Positions 14,908 through 31,535 of a stretch of 64,000 bases of DNA are shown in pieces. The notes under the pieces are model-generated. The model did no database searches and was not told the DNA's origin. It saw nothing but the letters and a program-made list of their open reading frames with translations. Within the stretch, counting starts at the first letter, position 1. Every line of letters starts with the position of its first letter. The stretch is from the human T2T-CHM13v2.0 reference genome, Homo sapiens, in assembly GCF_009914755.1 (NCBI RefSeq), contig NC_060926.1; one strand, written 5' to 3'. A program made the position numbers and the translations under genes.

Positions 14908-16814
14908 TCATTTGTACACTGCCATGGTGGGGATTGTTCATAAACTCTACCAGAATTGTTCCTCCCCATGCAAATAGTTCTGCTTAAAGCTAAATGATGG
15001 CTCCCTCTAAATAAATGCCAGATGCACCTTACCATTTGTTCTGTGTGTGGAGGTGTCTAACTGGGTTATCTCAGATTCTGGCCCAGAAAAGCCTGTGCCA
15101 AAAACTTTCAGGGACTTGGAAACATATCAAGGCTTTTTCACACAAGTGTGTAGCACTGAAATTGTCACCCAGCCTGAAATTGCACCCAGGTTGTGCACAA
15201 CCCTCCATACATCTTTTCTCATTGTGCAATCTGTCCTTGTAAAGTGGCAGTTGAACACTGTACAGAAAACGAGAAACTGCCTAATATTGCCAAATAAGAA
15301 TGGACCCATAGAGAAAAGTCTGTTCCTGGAATATGCTTCTGGTAGTGGAAGACTGAGTGAGTTTGAAAGATAAACTGGTCTCTTTCTGTGTCTACGGAGG
15401 TAGACCTCCTTGTAACTTTTACCTTTCATCATTGGTCTTCAGATGTCTCTGTCCTACTTTTTGCTTCATAGCTTGTACCATATTTTATTTTGGAGACCAT
15501 CTCAGGGCAGGAGGGAAATCCAAAAATTCTTTTATCTACAAAGTATATCCCTAAAATTTCATTATTCTCCATGGATTGGAGATAAGATAATCTTCATTGA
15601 CAAAAGCAGCCAGTCCTCATTCTGTCTGTTAAACAGATCTGTTAGTGAAAAATCTGCTAGGTTCTGAATCATTGGTGATAATAATTATTATAGACTTTTA
15701 ATTTCTTTTCAAGTTTAGTGTCATTGTTAATTTAGGAAAGACAATAATTTATGTACTTTTGTTTTATTATTTATTTGAGTGAAAACATGTATCTTCTGTC
15801 ACAGATTGCGGTATAATTGAATGTGGGTGTCTCAACATCAACAATAATTAATTAGAAATGTAAATTTCAAAAGGACTCAATCCTAATTAGAAAGTGATTT
15901 CCCCCTGCAGTCTGTCTGTATGTCATATAAAGAAATAATATCTCATCAAATAAACTTGCACATATAAATGTGTACTGTGTACATATACACTGCATAGTTG
16001 CATAGGTTTATTTAATTAATACTCAAGCTTAGATCATTGGATTTGCTATTCTAAATATATTTCTGTAAATATTTCTAAATCAATGTACATGGAAGTGATT
16101 GTTACTAAACTTGGGAAAAAAGATCTGAAAGTTTAAGTCATAAGAATGATGAAAATGTGGATTTATGTTTGAAATGAAGGTTGAGTACATTTCTTTTCTT
16201 TCATTTTGCACTTTCTTTCTGTGTGTTCTCTTCCTGTCTCTTTCTTCTTCCCATCATCATTCCATCAAGACCTGACTTCACCTTTCTTTTGTGCCTTGAG
16301 AAGTTTTACCCATTATCCTGACCAAATGCACCCACCCAGACTAGAAGGCTCCAGTTTCCAATTCTTCCATCCCAATGAATGACTTTATAACTCGGATGAT
16401 GTTATGCATAGGTCAGAGGAGAAAGACATCTTCTATTCATCTTCTTGATCTTATTAGATCATACATTTCCAGGCCAGCTCCCAGGAAATGCAATTCCCCA
16501 TAAACCACATTGAAATCCCTGACTTCGCAAATGTGAATGACCTGAATCAGAGCACAATCAGAATGTCAGACAATAGAAGTATTTTTAGTAATACTGAGTT
16601 CTAGTCAGATTGAAATATAATTTAGAGCCCCCTCTAGTAGCTTCAGTTGGTCCATTAAAAAAACTGACCTGTTTTGCCTTCCAGTGGCATCTGACTGTTT
16701 ACCCCAAGAGCATTTCACAACATTGATTTTGATTGTTTAGTCCGGATAATCTTAGCCGTGTCAATATTTTTAAATGGTTGTGATTATCTGGTGTCTATGT
16801 ACTAATGATCTGTA

Positions 16815-16960
16815 GCAGAAGATTCAAACCCAAATAACTTATACAGACCAGACATGTAACTTAAATCATGAAGCAGGTTAGATAAGAAATGAGTAGGTGG
16901 AGACAGGTAAACTAGAGAGGGGTGCCCCAATTAAGTCCATCAGCTGCCTCTTCCCTCTAG
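16815..16960 (+). mobile_element. hAT MITE remnant (MER103-like)
   Basis: Degenerate similarity: aaacccaaat...accagacatgtaac...gaagcagg...aaactagagag. Confidence 0.4.
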
Positions 16961-17908
16961 TGGTATAATATATGCATATAGTACATTCTAACACTGTGGA
17001 TTCCAAACAGGCATTGCTAAGGCAGGCTTACACCTGCATTGCATCAGTCTTGGATTTAAAGTTAGCTGTCATAACAGGGTGAAAACCTTGAGCAGCCCTG
17101 TTTTCAGTGCTAGAGTGTGGGATAAAGACAAGCCCAGTTTTATCTGTGGCATTTGGAATGATTCTGTAGCAGAGTATTTAGTGGCAAACAAATTTGCAGA
17201 AATAGTTCTGTCAAATTGAATAGGTGATCAGTCAATCAATCATGTGTTTTCTCGTATTTGTAACACTCATGTGTCTTTGATGAACATTTTATTTGTGAAT
17301 AATTTGATCTCTTTTTCAGGTGCTCCTACTTTGAAAAATGTATTATTCAACTCTGTTTGTAATAGTGAATACTTCAGGGCAGGGGAACCTGCCCACAATG
17401 TCTTTTAAAGTTACCAGCAAGTGAAAAACAAATACAAAAATAAGTGCTGGGCTTATTTTATTGTCAATCAAGATTTAATTGTGCCATTTGGATAAATTGT
17501 GCTGTGTGGACAAAATGACTTCGGTCAAATCATTTGGAGTTCTTTTCTTCCACATCTCATCCTTTCCTTTATATGCTACCAGAAAATCCCTATGCAGGTC
17601 TTTTTTAGGAGACTTAGTAAGCACTGGGGTGATGAAGAGTGGCAGGCAATAGCAGGATAAGCACAGAGTTTATCTGGCTGTGGATTGTGAGCAGCATGCA
17701 CTTTGGGAATCCTGGAAAACTCTGCTTGTGTGGAGGGGCAGCTGTGGAGTTCATCCTGGTTACCCTCTGGAGCTACAGAAGTGTGGGATCCTTAGAGCAG
17801 TTGTAGAGATTACAGCTAGAATGCAACAAAGAACAGCCCTGTCAGTGACTTTTTAAATGCTGTCTCAGATGGGAGGGTTTGTGGAAGGAGGACCCAGCAA
17901 ACTGGCTT

Positions 17909-18250
17909 GCAGGATGTGGTGCATTCAGAGATGCTCTGCCAAAAGTTCCTTCAAGGAAAGCCTGTCTTCCTAGCTGCTAGGTGTGTGGTGAACAGTAGGG
18001 AGACCCACAAACAGAGACCGATTGAGGCAGGAGTCTAAAAGCTAAATGCAGGATGATTCTGACAGCCATGTTAACTCCAGAATTCTCTGTGGTGTCAGTC
18101 AAGGCTGACATCAAGACTGCATTGCAGCTGGACCTCTCCCTCTGCTCAATTGCCTCTTCCTTATCCCTGGTGCAAATATTGGACACAAGGGCACCTTGTG
18201 ATAAACATCCTATGTGTCACCCTGCAACCCCATTTCATGAAACCTGGGGG
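17909..18250 (+). mobile_element. LTR16-family (ERV-L) LTR remnant
   Basis: ccttcaaggaaagcctg...ctgcattgcagctggacctctccctctgctcaat...ataaacatcct. Confidence 0.6.
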
Positions 18251-19296
18251 AAAAACAGAGTGAGAGGGTCTGTGGGAGAAGGTGCAGAGAAGTAGGTAGA
18301 CATCTCTGGATCACAGGGAAAATACTTTGCGGGCCAGGAAGGGAGCATGAACGATGGAGAAATTCCAATGCTAGGTCAGTAGGGAGGGATGGTGACTTCA
18401 GGTAACTGGGCAGCGCATGAGCCTGCTCACTTCCCGGCCATTGCAGGGACAGGGGCTTGTGGATCCATAGTTACCAGAACTTTTGGATTAAGGAGAAGCT
18501 AAACAATTGTTAACATGAAATTTCTGATACTTATAAGTGTACAGGCTATGGGAAAGCAATCCACGTTAGTTTTCTGTTCTAGATTAAAGTATATCTTTCC
18601 AACCCATAGGTGGTTTGGTGGGGAGAGTAAGAACGTGAGCAATAGGCACAGATGTGCCCTCATTTTGCAAAGGGAAGAGACGATCATTGACTGAGCAGGT
18701 ACCAGTAGTCAGGCAGTTTCAGTTTCATTTTTATCTGTAATGCGTGTTCGTTTTCCTCTTTCCTCTGAAACTGTCTATTTCACATTGGGATAATATTTGT
18801 GTAACAACCTCAGCATAGGGTGAGCTAGTTAGAGACTTTTATTCAATTACTGGCAAAAGTTATGAGTATTTTCGTCTCACCCTTTTCTATGGTACAAACT
18901 TAGGAATCTAATACTAGAAGGCAATGCAAGATACCATTTTTAAGTATCTAAAAGAGCTGATATAAGGAAAATAGCAAATTTCCTTAGGTTCCCCATAAAA
19001 CCAAAAGCAAATAGATGAGAAGTGGAGGACATATCGACTTACCCTTTGGGCATGATTTTCTTTGCCACTGGGACAAAAGGAGTCCTCTTGACCTGAATTC
19101 CAGGCCTGCTATCTCAAAGCAGATCTCTACTTGTGCATGAACCTGACCCTCCTGCAGATATGCCCATTTGTATATTCTGTCAACCTCTGTGACCCTACAT
19201 TTTTCTTAGAGTTACACCTCCTGGGATAGACTCACAAATAAATTTATGTTGTTGGGTGCTTCCTAGATCTATATACATTCTAAAACCATTCTCTGG

Positions 19297-19702
<406 letters not shown>

Positions 19703-20501
19703 TTACTAAAGTGTACTTAATCTTTTCTTCTACACTCAATCACTTCTGCCCTTTGTGGGGTTTTTGGTGAGATGCTCTGTTCCCTAACATTCAGCAATTT
19801 CTTCTGCACAAAATCCACACTCTTAAGAAGCAATCAGCAGGCCTATTAAGGCTCACCTACAATTGAAGACACCATGCCGCTTGCTAATTTACATTGCAAA
19901 TGTAGGCCTGGCAGCCGGAACCAGCCACGTGAATGGCTTGAGCACTTTGCAACTCCTGGAGAAGCCCGATCTCTTTTTGTGCTGTCATAACACACCAAAC
20001 TAACCAAATAACACATACACAACATTTTCTGAATATACTATTTCTCCAAAATGCTTTTCCTCAAACACTTGAAGATTTATATGCCCTCTTGACAAATACT
20101 GTTTTCTATTTTCTCATTCCTATATGGAATATAAGGGACTTTGTTTGAATTCTTTGCTTTTGTTCATTTTCTGTGGGTGTCATGAGTGCCTATTATATTT
20201 TCTAGATTTTTTTTCTTCAGGGTTTAGAAAGTGAGCATTTGGGCTTACTTGGGGGATAAAGGGACTACTTAAGTGAAAACATTAATAGAAAGGTGGAAAA
20301 ATATTTTAATTATTTTCTTTCAAGCATTATTTGTCATATTTAAGACCGCAGGTGTGAGCTTTGCTCTGCTCCCCATTGTGCAACTGATTAGGGGTTATGC
20401 AAAGTTAAGAGTGGAGACTGCAGGAGTTATTCTTATGATTTTCCAGTTGAAAATGCTGTTTAGCACTATATATTTCTAATAAAACATGCAAAAGGAGAGA
20501 A

Positions 20502-20548
20502 CCACTTGCTTCCAAAAAGTCAAGAGCCACTTGCATCCAAAAAGTCAA
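20502..20548. repeat. 25-bp-period tandem duplication
   Basis: ccacttgcttccaaaaagtcaa / ccacttgcatccaaaaagtcaa (21/22). Confidence 0.9.
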
Positions 20549-20650
20549 AACATGAGGTATGAAAAGGTAAGTCAAGATGGTATCTAAACAATTCTGATCA
20601 GCCAGATATCTGGAATCTTTTATAATATTGAGAGAATTTGTATTTGGTAT

Positions 20651-21362
20651 TGTTACGGCTGCAAATCCATACAGGCCTGCGGCAACCTCAATTCTTGCCT
20701 CCTCAGAAGAAAGAATTCAGCTGAGGGGGGCATAAGGCAGAAGGAGAGGCCGAGGCAAGTTTTAGAGCAGGAGTAAAAGTTTATTAAAATGCTTTAGAGC
20801 AGGAACAAAAGGAAGGAAAGTACACTTGGGAGAGGGCCAAGTGGGTGACTTGAAAGACAAATGTGCTGTTTGACCTTTTGACTTGGGGTTTTCTACGTTG
20901 GCATACTTCCGGATCTTGTGTTCCTTCTCCCCTTATTCTTTCCTTGGGGTGGGCTGTCTGCCTGCGCAGTGGCCTGTCAGTGCTTGGGAGGAGAACATGC
21001 GCAGTGTGTTTACCGGAGTTGTACGCATACTCACTTGAGGCATTCTTCCCTTACCAGCCGAATGTCCTTAGAGGTCAGATACCAATTAAACTCCACCATT
21101 TTGCCTCTTAGTGCACATGTGTGAGCCCTGAGATCTTCTTATCCGGAAGCCACTGATCACCAGTTTCAGGTTTTTCCTACCTATTGGGAGACTGACTCAC
21201 CCCTTGCACCAGCTGCAACCAGTTATTATTTTAGAGAGACAGTTAAAAACTGCCTGACCATCAACTGATGGTCACCTGACATTCCTGATTGGGGTGGTGG
21301 GGGTTGTTGTGGTTGATGCCTCTCCTGCCCTGTTCACGTCTGATTAGCTACCTACTGTAACA
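20651..21362 (-). mobile_element. MER50 ERV1 solo LTR
   Basis: TGTTAC...GTAACA termini; 4-bp TSD GTAT (20647-20650, 21363-21366); caacctcaattcttgcctcctcagaagaaagaattc matches recalled MER50 consensus. Confidence 0.92.
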
Positions 21363-21684
21363 GTATAAACAAAACATTAGTCACCCAATCTACTTGGCCT
21401 TGCCCTTTTTCCTACCTGAAATAGACTTCCATTTTTAAAAAATACCTCAGAATAGACTATCAAAGTCTCACTGCCTTTCAATCAAATTTTTCTAGACCAA
21501 TCAATTAGCAAAGCATTGATCAGATTACTATCCAAGTGAGAATTCCATGCAAGACTCTGTGGCTCTGGGATACAAAATAGGGTTAAAATAATGTCTTTCA
21601 CACTTCCTTAGAGGAGCAGTTAAAGACAGAAAATAACACTATGCCACCACACTTACAAAAATAACTGAAGTATGTAGTATAAAT

Positions 21685-21830
21685 TCATTCACTTTTTGAA
21701 TACAATCATTCATTCAACAAATACTTAGTGAGTTCCTACTGCATGCTGGCCACTACTCCAAGTCTCCTGGGATAGAGGGGTGAAAAAAAAGCAGACATAG
21801 TGAGTACTCCAGGGAGTCATTCAAGCCTAT
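21685..21830 (-). mobile_element. L2 3' end
   Basis: cattcattcaacaaatacttagtgagttcctact. Confidence 0.75.
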
Positions 21831-21937
21831 GAGAGTTCAAAAAAGGGTGAACTGGAGAAACAAGAAAAACCCTCTTGATAGAGTTTGGGCATATATTGAG
21901 CACTGAGAGATGAATAATATAATCACTTTTAGGGAAA

Positions 21938-22301
21938 TGTTTGGATTGAATTGTGTCCTACATTAGGATGTTGAAGGCCCAACTTCTGGGTTCCTATAAA
22001 TATAACCTTATTTGGAAATAAAGTCTTTGTAGATGTAGTCAAGTTAAGATGAGATCATGCTGGATTAGGTGGGCCTACTCTGATATGACTGGCTTCCTTA
22101 TAATAAAAGAAAAGGAGACAGACACGAAGAGGAAAAACAGCCATGTGTAGACGTAGGCAGAGATTGGAATGATGTGTTGATAAGCCCAGGAATGCCAAGA
22201 ATTGGACTTCTAGCCTCCAGAACTTCAAAAGAATACATTTCTGTTATTTTAAGCCATCCAGCATGTGGTTCTTTTAATGGCAGCCCTAGGAAACTAACAC
22301 A
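21938..22301 (+). mobile_element. MLT1B/C MaLR solo LTR
   Basis: tgt...ttgaattgtgtcc...ccttatttggaaata...gcagccctaggaaactaacaca; TSD ggaaa/ggaag. Confidence 0.9.
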
Positions 22302-22849
22302 GGAAGCCAAGACAGGCCAGTGAGAAAGGAAGAATAGACAAGAAACAGGACACAAACAAGTGGGGAAAGAAATACAGTCATTCAAACCACTGTTTCAACT
22401 GAAGTGGGCAATATATTCTAGGAAGAATTGGCATTCAGATTAAGAGTGTGATTCAATGATAAATGAAGAAACTTAGACAATAGAAAATCATTGAGAAAAA
22501 GAGGTATGATCAAAGGAGCACTTTAGGAAATTAACCTACAGCAATACACAAAACCATTGATTTAAATAATCTAGCCATTCTAATAAACAATTGGACAAGA
22601 GTCTGTCTAAGGAGACAGAGGAGGAATAAGTCACTGAGGACATGAAGAGGACAAAAAAGACAAAAAGAGGAGTTTCTTTCTAATTGTGATAATGATTCTG
22701 TGTAACCTGTAAAGGTAATAGTTTGGACTATTTATTTGAATTACTAAATTCTAGCCTTGCCATTAAGAATTTCTCTGCCATTTGGCCAGGTAGTACCTCA
22801 AGACTCTCATTCCAATTGGAAAAAATAAGGAAAAAAACACTACCTAATA

Positions 22850-23865
22850 AATGGCAACAAAAGCCAAAATTGACGAATGAGATCTAATTAAACTAAAGAG
22901 CTTCTGCACAGCAAAAGAAACTATCATCAGCGTGAACAGGCAGCCTACAGAATGGGAGAAAATTTTAGCAATCTATCCGTCTGACAAAGGGCTAATATCC
23001 AGAATCTACAAAAAACTTAAACAAATTTACAAGAAAAAAACAACCCCATCAAAAAGTGGGCAAAGGATATGGATAGACACTTCTCAAAATAAGACATTTA
23101 TGCAGCCAACAAACATATGAAAAAATGCTTGTCATCACTGGTTATTAGAGAAATGCAAATCAAAACCACAATGAGATACCATCTCATGCCATTTAGAATG
23201 ATGATCATTAAAAAGTCAGGAACCAACAGATGCTGGAGAGGATGTGGAGAAATAGGAATGCTTTTTCACTGTTGTAAATTAGTTCATTGTGGAAGATAAT
23301 GTGGCAATTCCTCAAGGATCTAGAACCAGAAATAACATTTGACCCAGCAATCCCATTACTGGGTATATACCCAAAGGATTATAAATCATTCTACTATAAA
23401 GACACATGCATACTATGTTTATTGTGGCACTATTCACAATAGCAAAGATTTGGAACCAACCCAAATGTCCATCAATGATATACTGGATAAAGAAAATGTG
23501 GCACATATACACCATGGAATACTATGCAACCATAAAGAAGGATGAGTTCGTGTCCTTTGCAGGGACATGGATGAAGCTGGAAACCATTATTCTCAGCAAA
23601 CTAACACAAGAACAATAAACAAAACACTGTATGTTCTCACTCATAAATTGGAGTTGAACAATGAGAACACATGGACACAGGGAGGGGAACATCACACACT
23701 GTTACCTGTCGGGGGATGGGGGGCTAGGGGAGGGATAGCATTAGGAGAAATACCTAATGTAGGTGACAGGTTAATGGGTGCAGCAAACCACCATGGCACG
23801 TGTATACCTGTGTAACAAAACTGCATGTTCTGCACATGTACCCCAGAGCTTGAAGTAGAATAATA
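22850..23865 (+). mobile_element. 5'-truncated L1PA (approx. PA6-PA8), ORF2 end plus 3' UTR, disrupted
   Basis: Frameshifted ORF2 peptides ([27 protein letters not shown]); G-rich 3' UTR; TSD aaaaaacactacctaata / aaaaaatactagctaata; appears inserted in a MIR. Confidence 0.96.
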
Positions 23866-24655
23866 AAAAAATACTAGCTAATAGCTAACGGGCCTAACAC
23901 CTAATAGCTAACAGGCCTGTTCTGGAGATTTCACAATGAAGTATATTTCATCTGTCTTATCTATTAAGCAATACATAAATGTAAGTAATTGCATTGTGCA
24001 TTTTCCACTTAGAACCCACCACACAGTGAAAAAATGGGTTTGTTTTCCTAATGTTATTTGTGACCTGATTTTTTTTGTGCCTAAAGTAAAAGACTTGATA
24101 AGCCTCTTCCCTTGAAACAATACCATGGAAAAATCTTGCCCTTCTCTATTTTCTTCACTTCTCTTCATTCTTTTATTGTATGCATATGCACTCACACCCA
24201 TTTCCCCAGTTAGTAGAAATAAAAGTAAAATACCGTGAGGTTTCAATTTGACCTATTCATGAGCACTATATGAAACCCCCAAATTTAGGGGCATATATGG
24301 TATATGGGCATACATGGCAGTCTGGCATATATGGTACAAGCTCTTTTGAGTTTCTGTTAAGTCTTGCTGAAATTTGTGCCACACTTGAGGAAAAGGATAC
24401 TCAACATTTCTGGTGGGTAAAAAGCAATTGGAATAAAAACATCATAGGGGGAATGCCTGCTGAGAAATCCCCATTTTCCACAGAATACAGGAAATTATAC
24501 GTGCTGTCTTACAGTGTTCTAAAGTGTGAATAGCCAACTCCTTACTTGGGACTGTGGTTAAAAAACAAAAGCAAGAACCTAGAACACATGATTGCATTGG
24601 CTTGTAAGAACTATTTTTTTAAATGTAAGATTTTACATATACAGATCTTACATGA

Positions 24656-24695
24656 AATATATATGTATGTATATGTGTGTGTGTGTGTATATATA
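24656..24695. repeat. (TA)/(TG) microsatellite at Alu tail position
   Basis: atatatatgtatgtatatgtgtgtgtgtgtgtatatatat. Confidence 0.85.
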
Positions 24696-24823
24696 TTGAG
24701 ATGGGGTCTCTCTATGTTGCCTAGCTGGTCTCAAACTCCTGAGCTCAAGCAGTCCTCCTACCTCAGCCTCCTTCCCAGCTGGGAAGACTTCCCACCTGGG
24801 AGACTGAGGCAGGGGGTTTCTTG
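24696..24823 (-). mobile_element. Alu monomer (FLAM/AluJ-like) fragment with inverted terminal piece
   Basis: gagatggggtctc...ctcaaactcctgagctcaagcagtcctcctacctcagcctcc followed by plus-strand gggagactgaggcagg. Confidence 0.85.
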
Positions 24824-25479
24824 ATTTCTTTTTAGATGGCAATGTAAAAAAGATGCTAAATCTTATTAATATGCTTCCTTATCTTTGAACTTCCCCACAA
24901 AATATGTTAAAGTAAAATTGAAGATTGACCTTCAAATCAATATAGAGGGATTTAGACAAACCTCCATTGTTTGTGGAAATGAAACAGATGCTAGCCACTT
25001 TGCAACAAATGTCTGCCAGATACCATGTCTGCATTACTGCATGTACTATAAACATGGTTGTCCTCAAATGAAGCAACTGTCAATTTAAAATCCAGTCCTG
25101 AACAGCTATTCATGTCCTCATGTGTGTCTATATCTATACACGTGAGTGAATGTGGTGACGCAGAATGGTTTGGATGAATTTTAATTATTTTACTGCTTAG
25201 AAAACCAGCTTCTTTTGTGACTTTGATCCTTGAATATGACTATAGTCACGAATATTTAAAAATCTGATGTTTGAAAATAATATTTTCTCTCAAATAGTTT
25301 TTTTATTCTCTGCGTGCAAGAAAATATTGAGGCACAGGTATATTTAAACATAATTTTAAATGACTTAGCTTACTGTAATTTGGGGTGGGTCACTAAATTA
25401 GACATATAGTAACATATTAACAGAAATATCTTGGCAGCTACCCTATCCAAACACCTGCATGGCTGCAGTTGATTTCAGC

Positions 25480-25705
25480 AAATATTTGTAGTGTGTTTTA
25501 CTAAGTCGCTGGTCTTAGATAAAGTGCTTTATGTAGGCATTATCTTATGTAATCTCCACGCATTCCCTGTGAAATATGTGTTATCACATTTACACAGGAG
25601 AAAACAAGTTGAGAGAGTGTAAGCTGCTTCTAAATGTGCACAGCAAATGGCAAAACCAGGACTGATACTAGCTCTGCCTTCAAAGCCATATTCAGCTATC
25701 TCTCT
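25480..25705 (-). mobile_element. MIR
   Basis: tatcttatgtaatctccac...ccctgtgaaat...ttatcacatttacacaggagaaaac. Confidence 0.7.
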
Positions 25706-25809
25706 GTGACAGCTAAAATGCTTCAAGGAACCCATTAGTATGCAGCAAACCTATCAGACATCACAAAGCTACTAATTTTAACATACAGAATTTAACCAAG
25801 AGGTAAAAA

Positions 25810-26040
25810 TGATAATAAGACTGTTTAATGAGTACTTATATATTCCCTGAACTGGGTATGTATTACCTCATTTAATCTCCCTACCATCCTTCGAGGGAGA
25901 TATGAATATTATTCCCATTTTATCAGTGGATTAACTAAGCATTAAGATTTTAAGTGACTTGCTTAAAGCCATATGTCTAGCAAGAGGTAGAGCTGGGATC
26001 TGAACCCACCCAACCAGTCCAAAGAATCTGGCTCGCACGA
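25810..26040 (-). mobile_element. MIR
   Basis: acctcatttaatctcc...attcccattttat...taagtgacttgc...agagctgggatctgaaccc. Confidence 0.85.
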
Positions 26041-26661
26041 CTCATCCTGCTTCTCAAGAAGAAAAAAACTAAAATACATCACCTTTGATGTCATACATGT
26101 CTACTCATTTGTTCAGGCTCTCATTTTGTTGCTTTTTACTTTTATTTGGAGCTAATTATCATGTTTGCCTATGCATGTTCAGCCAGCAGCAAGTAAGAAG
26201 CAGGAATTTGAAGGGGTAGACAGGGAAAAGGCAGGACAAGAGGAATCTGCTCCCATAGCCCCACTGACCCCTGAAGAATGTGAGTGTGTTTGGCTAACTG
26301 TGAGGCATAGCATAAGTGCATTGCAGCCTGACAGCATTTGGTACAGAGGTAAGAGTCCTTCAAAATTAAACAGTCCCTAAAGACATGGGCCTATTTTCAA
26401 TCAGGGTACAATATTTATGCTCTTAATTATGACCCTGAGTAGTCAAAAAAGGGACCAATTTTCAAGATATGCTCAGGGAGGGCTGTGTAAAAATCATAGG
26501 AAGTTCATCATCGTTAGAAACATTTATGTCCAAAGAGTAATTTTTTTAATTTAAATTTTTGTTCAAAACTGTTTCAGTATGAATTATCTAGAAAGAAATT
26601 GGATGGGATATCTCTTTCCTTGCTAGCAATAGAAAAATGCAGTGTTACTCCTTTGATTTTC

Positions 26662-28767
<2,106 letters not shown>

Positions 28768-29992
28768 TCACCTGTTACAGAAGTTTGTTATTTTCTGAAT
28801 ATATGTACAAGTGTGAGACTTTGTACAGCTATAAAAGCATCTGTATTTGTTTGCATAACACTCCAGTTCTAGGAAGATCAGTATTTCTGTTTTCTAGAAG
28901 AAATCTTTATTCTAATTTTTAAAATATTAAATTTATACCTGCTTATGATAGAAACTTTTGAAAGTACAGAAAACTATAGCAAAAGCATAAGAAAATAAAG
29001 TCATAAATGAAGCAAACAAATGTATTTACCATTTCCATTTTGGAATATATCATCTGAAGAATGTCAACTTATCCAAACTGACCAGTTTTTCAGGTTTTTT
29101 TATTTTTCTTCCTGGCCAAGTTCTACACTTTTGCTAAACCATACCAAACCAAACCCTACAATACAATGCACTGATGTAGTACATTCTCCTTCTTCAAAGA
29201 CATAATTTTCTCTTTGTTCTACCCTCCCCTGGTGGGAGGAGTTAAAGTTATCTCTGTAATGTTAGTTAATGATAATGCTGTTATTAAAGCCATAAACTAA
29301 GGAAAATAAGTGAAATTCAGTTTCATTTGATGTATATGAGTATAAATTTTAAATAAGGTAGGGAAAAACAATTATATTTGAGTCTGAAAGGCAAGAATGG
29401 TATTTTGACATTTTTCTGTGTTTGTGTTATTCCCCAAAATCTGGATTGAAAAATTGTTTAGTTAGGCATTCAGTTGTGAGGTTTATTATTTGAATAAGTT
29501 TCATATCTGAAAATAAATCTTTTCAGAAATCAGATATTTTGCAATTGAGTAGAGAGAGCCAGAGAGTAAATCAATATTTTGTTTATAATTCAAATCTCCT
29601 AGTCTGGTTTTGTGGGATATATTTTCATAATACTGAACTGATTTCCCAATGAGAAACTGACAAATATACTTGTTTCAGTGTCTCATAAAAGCTATTTATT
29701 TAGAATATTCTCTGGCAGTAGTGGTTCTGGAGAACATGGCACCTTATGGAATATGGAACTCTTCATTTTACAATGAAAGTAACAGAAGCCTGCAGAGCTT
29801 CCAGAACTGCAGAGATTAGATGATTTTCCAATAAATAAGTGGAGTCAGAACCTATTTAATGGAATAATTTATAAATGGTGGTGCTGCAGAGCTCAACATC
29901 GATTTAGAGAAAACTATGAGGAGAGTCTAAATGAACTGACAAAAATCTGTGAGGCAGATTAGTCTTAATAGAAGTCTAAAAAAATTTTTACT

Positions 29993-30297
<305 letters not shown>

Positions 30298-30357
30298 TTA
30301 AAAAATATGCCAGGTTTTTGTTCATTGTAGGAACATTCTATTTCTAATGCCTTTACC

Positions 30358-30869
30358 CAGCAATGTGCTGGTAAATCTTTAACAGGCTTTTAAAACAGAA
30401 AAATGGATGCAAATATATATTTTATGACACACTTTTAAATTTAATCTGCATTATCATTTTCTCTATCACTTTCCTAAATCCAGACAATCAAAACAATATA
30501 TCAAACCCTTACTTACAGTATTTATGGATTTCCATTGTGTAAATACTACTGTTGTGATGAATTTCAAGCACACACCAGTGGTCCCTAAACATAGAATTGA
30601 AGAGATACATACATCATTATATAGCAATATGCCATACAGATACAATAGACCTAAGTAACTTTAAGATACAGATAATAGTAAAATGAATATAATAATTATA
30701 AAGTGATGAGTTTCAGTATGTTACCTTTGTTTTTAATATAATTTATTTAATTGTGAATTTGTATAATTGACTTTAAAAAACGGCTATTTAACAACTGTCT
30801 CATAAATTTTCTGAAATTTTAACGGTTGTTTTTTGCTGACCTGTATTAACTACCTTTAAGCCACCACTG
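30358..30869 (-). mobile_element. MER63 (hAT) element
   Basis: cagcaatgtgctggtaaat...ccatacagatacaatagac...agtgatgagttt...caccactg; possible TSD cctttacc/cctatgcc. Confidence 0.8.
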
Positions 30870-31000
30870 CCTATGCCTTTGAAGGAAAGGGAATATGAAA
30901 AAAAATTACACAATGCCCCACATATATGTAGTACACATCATATCCAGCACTTGTGAGGTATATATATTATATGTGTGCTTTTGGAAGTATACCTCTGTAG

Positions 31001-31475
<475 letters not shown>

Positions 31476-31535
31476 GCCCTGACTAATTTCCTTAGAAACT
31501 TACTTTATAAGAGTCAATCTTCTTCTCTCTCACTG

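Noticed and set aside
15047-15373. 108-aa ORF MEVSNWVISD... (and overlapping ORFs)
   Set aside because: GTG start, no recognisable domain or splice context; length within chance expectation
16625-16965. Three CTCF-like cores (ccctctagtag, tgccttccagtgg, tccctctagtgg)
   Set aside because: Each mismatches key positions; cannot be supported without PWM scores or ChIP data
23711-23734. G-quadruplex-forming G tracts
   Set aside because: Standard feature of the L1PA 3' UTR; not novel
22932-23815. Several ORFs resembling L1 ORF2p
   Set aside because: Frameshifted fragments of a dead L1 copy
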